From: Bugula neritina
Taxonomy: Eukaryota; Animalia; Bryozoa
NCBI GenBank assembly: GCA_964035545.1
Contig: OZ037768.1
Location: 23,531,319-23,595,318, forward strand
DNA: 64,000 nucleotides
Direction: 5' to 3'
Shown here: positions 41,901 to 52,200 of the stretch, piece after piece
Numbering within the stretch: the stretch's first letter is position 1
How the letters are laid out: each line of letters starts with the position of its first letter
Position numbers and translations under genes: made by a program
Notes under the pieces: model-generated
Database searches by the model: none
Told to the model about the DNA's origin: nothing
The model's input: only the letters and a program-made list of their open reading frames with translations

Positions 41901-44900
41901 ACAACCTGCCTGACTACATGAACATCAGCTTACAAAGGAACTGTGTGCTGGGCATTCTTGTCAAGTGAAAATTGTATTGCTAAAAATTTTCAGTTTATTA
42001 TTGAATTTCATTTATTTTATATTGTGTTATATATCACCATTTCAGCCTACAAAATCTTGAGCAGCTACACACACTGCACTTCTGTTCTATGAATTTTCGA
42101 TCTGGTCTGCCAGAAGTTATTTCACATTTGCCATCTCTTAAGCGGTTGATGCTAAACAGATGTGGTCTTGCAGAACTTCCAATGAGGTAATAGTTTAACA
42201 TCACCATGTTTTGATAATTTATTTGAAAAATATTCTGATCTATACTTGTTACTAAAAAGGTCGTGTCCAACTGTTTGCCTTTTTCATGTTTTAGTTTGAA
42301 AAGTTTGAAAAATCTAGAAATACTCGACATTTCGGCAAATGATTTTCAAGGAAAACTCCCCTCTGTCGTTTATACACTCATCCAATTACAAAAATTAGAT
42401 GTAGGGGACAACATGCGTCTCACAGAGCTAGGAGCAGATCTGATGAAACTGAGCAAGCTCACAGAGTTGAAATGTGAAAATTGTTTCAATCTTGAGTTTC
42501 CAGACTATACTGTGTGCCAGCAGGGTATTGATGCCATCAAGAAGTTTTACAGGGACTGGGATACTGCAGCTGGCACAGGCGTGACTGTTCTACCAGTTGC
42601 TGTCGTAGGCAATACCCTGGCTGGTAAAACCAGTCTTGTGTTGAGTTTAAAAGAGGAAAAGCAGGTCCTTACATTTCGTGATGAAACGTCGCCTTTGGAT
42701 GAGACTACAAAAGTGTTTGATTTCCACAGTTTGCACCTATCAGATTCAATTGTCAGATTCATTGATTTTGGTGGCCATGAAGTATATCATATGGCCTATC
42801 AGCTAACAATCAATAAGAATTGTGTCCCATTGGTTGTTGTTAATCTAGACGAATATCAAAAGTTGGCAAGTAGCCGAGGCGCCAGAGAGGCAACGAGAAG
42901 GTTGTGCTTGGATTGGCTGTCCCATTTTTATTTAGCATGTCCACATCTGGGTCCGCCAATTCTTGTGCTTTCTCACAAAGATCTTCTCTCAGATGTCGTG
43001 TTCGAGGAATGCAAAAGTCAGTTGCTTAGCTCAGCTGAAACTCTTCGAGTTGAGTTGCTTAAAGAAGAGAACAACATGTCTGAAGGCACAAGCGATTACT
43101 GCCGAATTGTTCATCTGTGTGATACCACTAAACCCTTGTTTCATCCAGATGACATATTTGTTTTTGGTAATGAGCACGAAACAAACGCCAACATTCAAAG
43201 CCTTAGGCAATGCTTTGAAGGGCGCAGTAAGTTCAAAAGCCCTAACCCTAGGTTGTGGGAGCTAGTTGGTTCTTACTTGGAAGAACAACGATCCAAGCCG
43301 CTTATCTCCCTGTCTCAAATAAAGTCTGAGTTTCCCGATGAAAGTGGCATTGAAATCATTTTGAAAACTTTTCACAACAGTGGAAAGATTCTGTGGTTTG
43401 ATCACCTATCAGATTTGCGCGAATATATTTTTCACCAAATACCGGCAATTGTAGAAATGGTTGCTGTTCTTTTTCATCATGCTGGTGAAGAAAGATGGAA
43501 AAATCGAGAAAATGATTTTGTTCCTTTTAAACATAAAAATCGCAATGTAGGGAAAATTGCCTACAAAGACATGGTGAAAAAATTTCTTGTGGAGGGTATT
43601 TTAAGTGAAGCTATTTTGGTAAATCTACTCAAACTAGAGACAGATTTTCCGGTTGACGTGGCTTTGAAGCTACTTACCTCTTTTTGCATAATTCATGGGC
43701 CAATAACACAACAGGGCTGTGACGCTTTCATCCTGCCCTACTTTTCTAAGCAGCTCAAAGACCGAGAATGGAGAACTCATGGCTATCTGCAGCTTAGAGC
43801 AGATGTTGTGTTTGAGGGCCTTCCTCTGCCCGAATATGTTTACCAGTTGATTACTGTAGCGTTTTTGAATCATTTTTCAAACCCCACATATGCCTTGAAA
43901 GCCGCCAACAATGGAGCTACCGCTCAGTTTGGAGGATGCACTGCTCATCTGGTACACGATTGCTACTCTAAAACTATCACCATTCAGGCCTCTACCCCTG
44001 TCGAAGCTGTCGGTAACTCATGGAGTATTTTGGTGCAGCTCCTAGAACTTATTGTAAGACACACAACTAAAGTTTGGAAGGCATGTCGACCAGAAGTGTT
44101 AATCTACTGTTCCCACTGTCTCTTTATCAAAGCTGAAAATCCTGACTACCACGTCACACCTTCCTGGTTTCAATCCCAATTAAATATGACAGACATGCCA
44201 GTGTTTAACCCACTTGAGCCTGTGGCCTGCGAAAATTCTAAACTCGATAGCAACGGGCAGTTGACTGTGCCCTCCATCCTTCGTTTCCCTTGTGAGTAGA
44301 TTACTTTATCATCTTGTACAACCAGATGTTGAAATCATAAAATTAAAATAGGTTATAATATGAAATGCTTTTAACACACTCTGTTGAAGGAAGTTTGTGT
44401 CAGTTTCTTGGGTGTAATTTGTGAAATTATTTTCGTTCTTTGCCCAATTAGCTTGTGCTTTATAGGTTATTTCCTGGAAGGAGATGAAGTGTCAAATCTA
44501 AAGGGCTATCTCAGTGCCCTGGAGAACACTCTTCCATCCAAAACAAGTTAGTGTCAAACTGTTGCCTGCCCTTCAGTGCTATGGGACACAAACTGCAATG
44601 TTTCCAGTACTATTAGTCATTAACTACAGTCTACTGGCATCTAGAATAGTTTTCTTAGTTTGGTTATACACACTTTGAGTTGGTTGATACCAGGTTCCTG
44701 CAATTATTATTATATTGCATATTATCTCATTATTGGCAAGCTGCTTCGTTTTTTATTCTCTTTTTCTTAGTCAATAATCCACTTGCCTTTTCTAGACCTT
44801 CAAATAACTACTTTTCATTTATATTTCATAAGGTTCTACATCAACCAAGACAGGTGAATATTGTGACCTTGATGATCAAGATGACCTCGAAAATGTTGAC

Positions 44901-46826
44901 TGCACGCATGGAAATGAAGAAGAAAGTGACATCTCTGACATCGAGGAGGCGGGTTATGCTGACTTTAATAAAGCTGACCTTGACCCTTATGTCTTCAACT
45001 TGATGCAACTCCAGCCAACCAGCAAAAGGAATATCAAAAAGCTGTTTAACAACAAGAAGGCGGTAAAACTTTAAATTTTTATATTCCAACTTGGATTATT
45101 ATATTCCTATATTCCGTGATATTCTTTGTTGGTTGTGCCATGAAAACTTTCTATTACTGGTAAAACTCCTCCCCCCCCAAAGTTATCCCTGTATACTAGG
45201 TTTAATAGCTCTTATCTACAGTACTGCTATGCCAACCCTGCATGGTGTTTGTTTTTCTTCTACGCTTCTTTTTCTCTCAGGTGTACGAGATGAGTGACCC
45301 TGTTAGAGGTCGTGCGATGATCATAAACATTGAGAACTTTTACAAAGATGGCCGACACCTCCCGGAGCTGACAAGAGAAGGCTCTTATCTCGACTATCAA
45401 AACATTCGCAGACTGTTTCAAGATATGGCATTTGATATTGTAAAGAAGGACGAAGAGATGTCAGATCTGTGCAAAAACGTTTGTATCCAATAAATAGAAG
45501 CATGATCAACACAACCAGACCAAGTTCTATTTTTATATTGATTTTTAATAGAAAAACTGACTATAATTAAGCATGTTTGACCAGCAGTTTAGCTAATTTA
45601 AACTTTTATAAAAACATGGATTAGCTGTAAAGCTGATGCTAAAGTTAATGAAGAGCACACCAGTTAATAGCCTGTTAACTGTTAACACTGACTTTGGTTT
45701 CATTCACTCACAGGAGATACTAGCCGAGATTAAAAAGGAGATGGCATTGTCCGTCCACAAGACACTCGGGATGTTCGTCCTTGTCATCATGTCTCACGGC
45801 TCAGCCAATAACATCTTTTATGACAAGTGCTGCGTACCTGTGAACATTATGACTGAAGTGAAAGACTTGCTTTCGGCCAGTCGCTTTCCAGCTATGAGAG
45901 GAAAACCTAAGCTGATAATACTTCAGGCATGCTCAGGCAGTGAGTCACTGTTTCTGTGTGTTGATGAGTCAGCTTTATACTTCATATTATATACTGCTTA
46001 TATACTACATACTATATACTGTATATGTATACTGTATATTGTGTACTACATACTATACTACATGCTATACTGTATATTATGTACTGTTCCAGGTCAGGTT
46101 GATCTTGGTGGTGCCACGATCAACACTCAAACTGCTTTGCCAACTTCTACCATCTCAAGTGATGACCCTAGCTCTGTTGACGTTGCAACGCCATCTGAAC
46201 CAATCATTCCCTCAGCTGGGCCAGTACCCTCAGCTGGGCCAGTACCCTCAGCCGGGCCAGTATCTCCAGCTGGGCCAGTTACAGAGCTATCAACTTGTAA
46301 AGAAGCGAATATTGACGTTAGCCGACTGGATTACCTGGATGTTGATGATTTCTACATCATGAAGTCAAGCACAGAATGTAAATATAAATAGCTGTCTTTT
46401 ATTAGATGTATACAAAACTTACTATTGGTTAATGTTCCACTAACTTCTTTCCTAAACTCACCTTTCCTCTCATTTAAAGCATTCGGAGCTGGGAGGGATG
46501 ACTCATATGGCTCATGGTTCATCAGAATTCTGGTCGCAACTTTCTACAAGCACAGCTGTCACAGGGACGTAGATCAGCTCTTTCTAATAGTGAGTCAGTC
46601 TGTTCTCTCTTTACTACGGCCTGCTCTCATTGGTCAATTCTTTCTAACCAACAATGTGACTGGTTGTGCATTGTTCTGGTAGATACAGGAGAGAGTTAGA
46701 CAGGCGAGTATTGGGTACATGAAGAAGACTGGCTTAGCTGTTGGAGGAAATGTTCCTTCCAGACCAGATTGTACTTTCACTCATGGCAGGAAACTGTTCT
46801 TCTTCCCGAAGGTCAACGAAAAGTGA
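38908..46826 (+). CDS. Myristoylated LRR-Roc-COR-caspase fusion protein (Roco-caspase), copy 1, about 1448 aa
   Basis: 16 phase-compatible GT-AG exons: 38908-38944, 39310-39553, 39660-39803, 39891-40028, 40143-40280, 41213-41305, 41582-41722, 42046-42186, 42295-44291, 44466-44546, 44833-45062, 45281-45478, 45714-45939, 46093-46377, 46480-46589, 46683-46826 (4347 nt in total, open). N-terminus MGNNNS. LRRs such as LKNLEILDISANDFQGKLP. Roc motifs G1 GNTLAGKT, G3 DFGGH, G4 SHKD. COR-like FHNSGKILWF...YCSHC. Caspase YEMSDPVRGRAMIIN, TREGSYLD, VIMSHG, KPKLIILQACSG, GSWFIRIL, KLFFFP. Confidence 0.88.
40481..40692 (-). mobile_element. tRNA-derived SINE in Roco-caspase intron 5
   Basis: Minus-strand head GGAGCAGCCGTGGGCTAGGGGTTAGAGCG...GGTTCGATCCCC with Pol III A and B boxes; absent from the equivalent intron of copy 2 (~62235). 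Confidence 0.75.
46208..46279 (+). repeat. Coding 18-bp tandem repeat (PSAGPV x4) in the caspase inter-subunit linker
   Basis: ccctcagctgggccagta repeated about 4 times inside exon 14. Confidence 0.9.
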
Positions 46827-47908
46827 CCTTTCTTGTAGTTTTAGCAGTTCATTGAGAATTACTGCTGAGGTGAAAGCAAACCAAACCTGGTCACTATACT
46901 TCACTGTAATAAACAGTCCACATTGACAATTGGTACATATATATAGTCGTCATATGTACATGGCAATGCTTATCTGGTGCATTCATGATACTTCTATTAT
47001 ATGGTGCCAATATCTTTAGAGCTTATAGTGCTATTTTCTATATTCTAAAATTCTAACCAACACTAAATGCACTCTATTTCACCCCTAGTTTTATTAGCTA
47101 CATATTTAATGTTATATAATTTGTGTGTTGCTTAGTTTTTATAGCTATACAATTCATATGCCATATTTATACTGTTTGGTTACTTCTAAATATAAACATC
47201 TATAATACATAATCCTACGGTATATCTACTTGTATCCCTCACAGGGATAGTGACTATGAACTTGCGCTAGTTTACATCTGCTCGTATATTGTTATAATTT
47301 CCAGAATTGTGGGTTAGTGTGCAATCAAGTGACTGTTATTTACTATGTTAGAGAAACTTCGCCAGGATAATTCGAGTTAACACTAATATATTTTATACAC
47401 AAAGATACATCACAAAAACTACAGTTACACAAATACATTCAGCTAATTGATACGGTCTATACAGTTCACCAGTCTAAACTCAACTAACTAAAACGCGGGA
47501 AGCTATCACTACTAAAACTGTCAGTCCTGCCGATTGGTTGTCCGCTGTTCCAGGTCATCTCAATGACCCCGTGCTGCACTCGTGGGGGAAATAACATTTC
47601 CCCGTTATTACGCTGGTAGCTCCACCACACCGCCCCCACCAGCAGAAAGCCCTCTTTCTAATACAAAAAACATAATATCAGTAGACCAAAACATAAAAAT
47701 ACAGACAGGTATATATATAACAATGACAGACATAATCATTATAACAGTTGCGGCATATACAATTGGTTAGCTACGGAGAGAGAAGTAGCACTAGCTGTGG
47801 TAGTGGACAAGGAAGATGAGCTGTCGAGTATTTACATGATCGCAGCGTTAGTCAAGCACTTCCAGGAGGGTAAGGCTTACGGATACATTCCAGGAAGGAG
47901 AACCAGAG

Positions 47909-48691
47909 TCATGGCTTGGAGAGCCGGTGTTTGGCTTGACGTGCACGTAGCTTCTGTTTTATCTTGCCTACGGAGCCTTTTAATTGATAAAGTCCTGTCG
48001 TGGTGTTTAATAGATCTGGGGCTAGTTGGGTGAACTCGACCTGTAACCGAAGGAGCCGCTCTTCTACAGTAGCCAGGCGAGTACGATCTGGAGATGGGGT
48101 CGGGACCTTACAAGGGGGAGGTGCTATCTCCTCTTCTGTGTCAAGGTAGGTGAGTTTTTCGGGGGTATATACAATCTGGGGTCGGTCCGATACCATCGAG
48201 AATTGTTGTTGAGCATATTTCAGCACATGCTGGAACCCGGAGGTCAAAACGGCCAGTACCATCGATTTCTTCACCAAGGGCCGTATCAGTGCTAAAAATT
48301 TCGGGTATAGATCAGCATCTACGACGTAGTTTTCTCCCGGGAAGCATCCAGCTGCTCGATGTCTAATGAATGGGTAGGGATAGACGTCGTGGTGTCCGCA
48401 TGGACAGAATGTCAGTAAGAAATGAGCATCCACGTGTAGTCTCAGCGAGCGGTGAGACGGACTATCCTCATAACAAATTTGGCACTGCGTGCTTCCTTTG
48501 GGTCCCCATGCAGCTTCTATTTTTCTCTCCATCTCTGGCAACACCCACCGCCAGCGGCGGCGCAGTGGCCCGGGTAGTCCGCCATTGGTATTCTCCTCAT
48601 GGTGTGGAGCGAGGAGTGCTCGATTCCGTACCCTGGTTGTAGCGGGTCGAGTGTAACCTGAAAGAGTTTCAACAGCGTTGGTAAAACACAC
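47909..48691 (-). CDS. Accessory ORF of the Gypsy element: C2H2-like zinc finger plus C-terminal coiled coil
   Basis: Uninterrupted 260-codon ORF between integrase and the 3' LTR; CQIC-x12-HVDAH followed by CPCGHH; heptad-like RLATVEERLLRLQVEF...LKGSVGKIKQKLR. True start codon uncertain. Confidence 0.6.
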   Translation of the reverse strand: MCFTNAVETLSGYTRPATTRVRNRALLAPHHEENTNGGLPGPLRRRWRWVLPEMERKIEAAWGPKGSTQCQICYEDSPSHRSLRLHVDAHFLLTFCPCGHHDVYPYPFIRHRAAGCFPGENYVVDADLYPKFLALIRPLVKKSMVLAVLTSGFQHVLKYAQQQFSMVSDRPQIVYTPEKLTYLDTEEEIAPPPCKVPTPSPDRTRLATVEERLLRLQVEFTQLAPDLLNTTTGLYQLKGSVGKIKQKLRARQAKHRLSKP

Positions 48692-49292
48692 TGTAGTGTT
48701 GTCGGCCTTAGACAGCCTGACAACTGCTCGTTCGGTTAAACACTCGCAGAGATTTACGGTAGTGAATAGTTGGAAGAGAACACATACTGCAGTGAGATTG
48801 TGAAATCTCTAAGTCAATCCGAGTTCCTACCACTGTAGTTCACTAGCCTATCTCCAGCTCAATTGACTCAGTCGAGTCGGAGCTGAGTGATGCAATCTAG
48901 TTTCCATATCAAAAACATAGTTAACTCACCCCACGATCCGGTATTGTATGACATACTGAATGTTTGCGAATGGTTTGTACTAGTGACTAGTGGCACGTCT
49001 GCTCTTGACTGCATCAGCGTAAGAAAAGATCGAGCAACGTGGTTGGGGTGCGTGACTAGGACTTTGCACACCCGGCCGATGAATTTTATTTCTAGTTCCG
49101 CCGATGTAAAAGTTGATATTTCCGTGGTGCTGACAACTCCCGCAATTGCTCAATACTTTTCCCGTACGGTTCCCCTCTAGACTTTCATACGTGCCGCTCT
49201 GGACGCAGTCACATACGAAGTCCTTTAGATAGGCTGGGGGTTGTCTCGTACGCTGTCCTCGCTCTAGGGGAGGTGGCGCACTTACTGGTGGA

Positions 49293-52200
49293 CTAGTAGG
49301 TGCCACTGCCGGTGCTTCTAATTCCCCGGTAGTGGCCATTTCTTCTAACTCTCCAGATGGAGCCCCTCCCTCCGTGGGGATTTGCACTTCCGGAATCGGC
49401 TCGGTTTCTGAAAGTGATGGTATCAGACTTGGTATAGGAGGGTAAAAGTGGTCGCTCGTCTCGTACTAAGTCCTCTTCTCGTGGAATGACCACTTCATAC
49501 TCGGGTTCATGCCGCCGTCGCACACGCGTTGTCGTCTGCCTCCTGGGCTCCAACAACGGGGGGGAGGGGGGGGCTTCTCCCACTGCGTCTAGGCTAGCCC
49601 GATATGGCTTGAAGCGAGCCTCATTTTGGATGGACAATTGTCCTGAGCGCTCGATCTTGTAGGTATGGTTGGGCATAGGCTCGACTATCACGTAGGGTCC
49701 CACGAACTTAGGCTGTCATTTAGCCGCCTGCCCGCGACGCCTACGATAGTTGACCATCCACACCCAATCTCCTGTCTGATAGAGGGGTGGTTCCTCGGAA
49801 TCCTCGCGCCGCACCTGCCACTGCTTCTCCCGCAGCATTTCAAGTGCGACCCTCATCCGTTCCACTAGTTCACTGGCATACTCGTGAACCGAGTTGTCTT
49901 GCTCTGGAACGTGGTAGGTAAGATGGTCAGAGACCCGAGTCTCTCTCTCGAGCATCAGGAGGTTTGGGGTCTCACCAGTACTGGTGTGTGGGGTGCTACG
50001 GTATGCGCGCATGACTTGCGGCAACACCATGTCCCATTCCTCCGGACTGCGTCCGAGGAGTAGACTCCGGAGCGCATCGCCTAGCATCCGGTAATTGCGC
50101 TCCACCACCCCGTTACCTTGGGGATGGTAAGGGGTGGTCCTGCTCTGATTTACTCCCCAGAGGCGGCAAAGGTCGCTCATCAGTTGAGACTGGAACTGAG
50201 CGCGTTGGTCAGAGTGTATCTGTTCGGGGAGGCCGAAATAACAGAATGCATGTTGGTCTAGCACCCTGGTCACTGTCGGAGCTGACACATCTGGGATTGC
50301 CAGAGCGTCCGCCCACCTGGTGAAGTGGTCGGTTAATACTAAGATCCAACTGTTGCCTCTGGGGGTTAGGAGCATGGGTCCGACCAGGTCGACAGCTACT
50401 ACTTGCCGCGGCCTTCCAGCATATAACCTTCGCCGTCCCGCTTCACCAGGGAGACGGCCATGCTTGCTGGCCTGGCAGATTTCACACTGTTTTACTCTGA
50501 GTTGGACATCACGCCCCATCTTGGGCCAATACCACCGGAGTTGCAATTTGGAGATCACTCTCTTGACTCCTGCGTGAGCCTGTTTGTGAGTGTCCCAAAT
50601 TAACTCACGGCGTATGGCACTGGGGCAGACTACCCTCTTCCTCTCCGGGTGTCTGCCGTTGGCGGCTAAAGAAATGGTCAGCAGACCATTTTGCCCGATC
50701 CTCAGCGAGTCCCAACGTTGGCAGAATAGCCGAAACTCGGCGCATTCCTGCCGTAGTTGTTCCTCACTGGGTCGTCGTCCTTCCTTTTTGGCCCGATATA
50801 TGTCTGCCACTACTCCAGGCAGCTCTTCTTGAAGCTTCTTCAGCTCCCGGACATTATCGGCCAAAACAGGGTTGGCGGGGAGGTTTCGTACAACCTCCGG
50901 GGACTCGTCAACCTTCTGTTTGAGTTGACCCTGGTCCCAGTCAAACTGTGCTCCGTGGTGAGCCAGTGTCTCTAACTCACATCGTGGGGGACCTCCATCC
51001 CTCTTTTCGATGTTGAGACACTGTTTACAACCTTCATCAGGTCGCCGGCTCAAACCATCCGCATTGCTGTGCCTCCTACCCGGCCGGTGTTCGATCCGGC
51101 AGGAGAACTCAGCTAGGATTTCGAGCCACCGGGCGACCTGACTGGATGGCTCTGCTCTCTTGCACAACCAAATCAGGGAGGCATGATCCGTACGCAGCCG
51201 AAACTTCCTGCCATACAGGTATGGTCTGAAGTGCTTCACTGACTTGGTTACTGCCAGCAACTCCTTGCGGGTAGTTCAGTAATTTCGTTCAGTGGGTGAG
51301 AGAGACTTGCTGTAGTAAGCTACTACTACTTCTCGGCCTTCCTGCACTTGGGACAGCACAGCGCTAACATTCTGGTCACTGGCGTCTGTGTCAAGGATGT
51401 ACTCCAGAGTGGGGTCTGGGTAGGCCAAGATGCGTGCCGTAAGTAGGCAACCCTTGAGGCGGTCGAACGCTCGTTGTTCGACTGGGGTCCACTGCCACGT
51501 CACTCCCTTTGCGGTGAGCCGGTTTAACGGCTGTGCTATCCCCGTAAAGTCTGGTATGTATTGCCTGTAATACCCCACCAGACCCAAGAAAGCCCGGAGT
51601 CCGGTCAAATCTTGGGGGGGTGACCCAGTCTTTTATCGCCCGTACCTTCTCGGGATCCGTTGCAACGCCGTTTCGACCGACAACGTGCCCCAGGTACTTG
51701 ACCTCCGGCTGCAAAAGAGTGCACTTGGAAGGTTTTAGCTTCAGACCGGCACCTTTGAGTCTTTCGAAAACCTCCCGCAGACGACTGACGTGTGTCTCAA
51801 AGTCTGGGGAAATCACGATGACGTCGTCGAGGTAGATCAGCAGTGTTTTCAAGTGGAGTCCGCTGAGGACTTACTCCATCAGCCTCTGAAAGGTGGCCGG
51901 GGCGGAAGTTAACCCGAAGGGCAGCACCTTCCACTTCCACAGTCCGTCCCGTGTGATAAACGCCGCCTTCTTCTGGGCGTCGGGACTCAGAGGGACCTGC
52001 CAGTAACCGCTCAACAAATCTAACGTACTGAAGTACTTGCTGCCGGCTAGGGCGTCCAAGGATTCATCATTACGAGGTAGAGGGTAGGCGTCCTGTATGG
52101 TCACGCTATTGAGCTTGCGGTAGTCCACACAGAACCGCCAACTTCCGTCTTTCTTCCGGACCAAAACGACCGGCGAGCTCCATGCACTGTGGGCTGGCTC

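Noticed and set aside
42590-43000. P-loop read as NACHT/NB-ARC (a true NLR or APAF-1)
   Set aside because: DFGG (G3) and SHKD (G4) motifs and the LRR-before-NTPase order identify a Roc GTPase; there is no STAND Walker B.
45714-45939. Metacaspase or paracaspase (MALT1-like) assignment
   Set aside because: SHG, KPKL-QAC, GSWFI and the basic S1 residues are true caspase features.
47909-48691. env gene of an errantivirus-like element
   Set aside because: No signal peptide or transmembrane anchor is visible.
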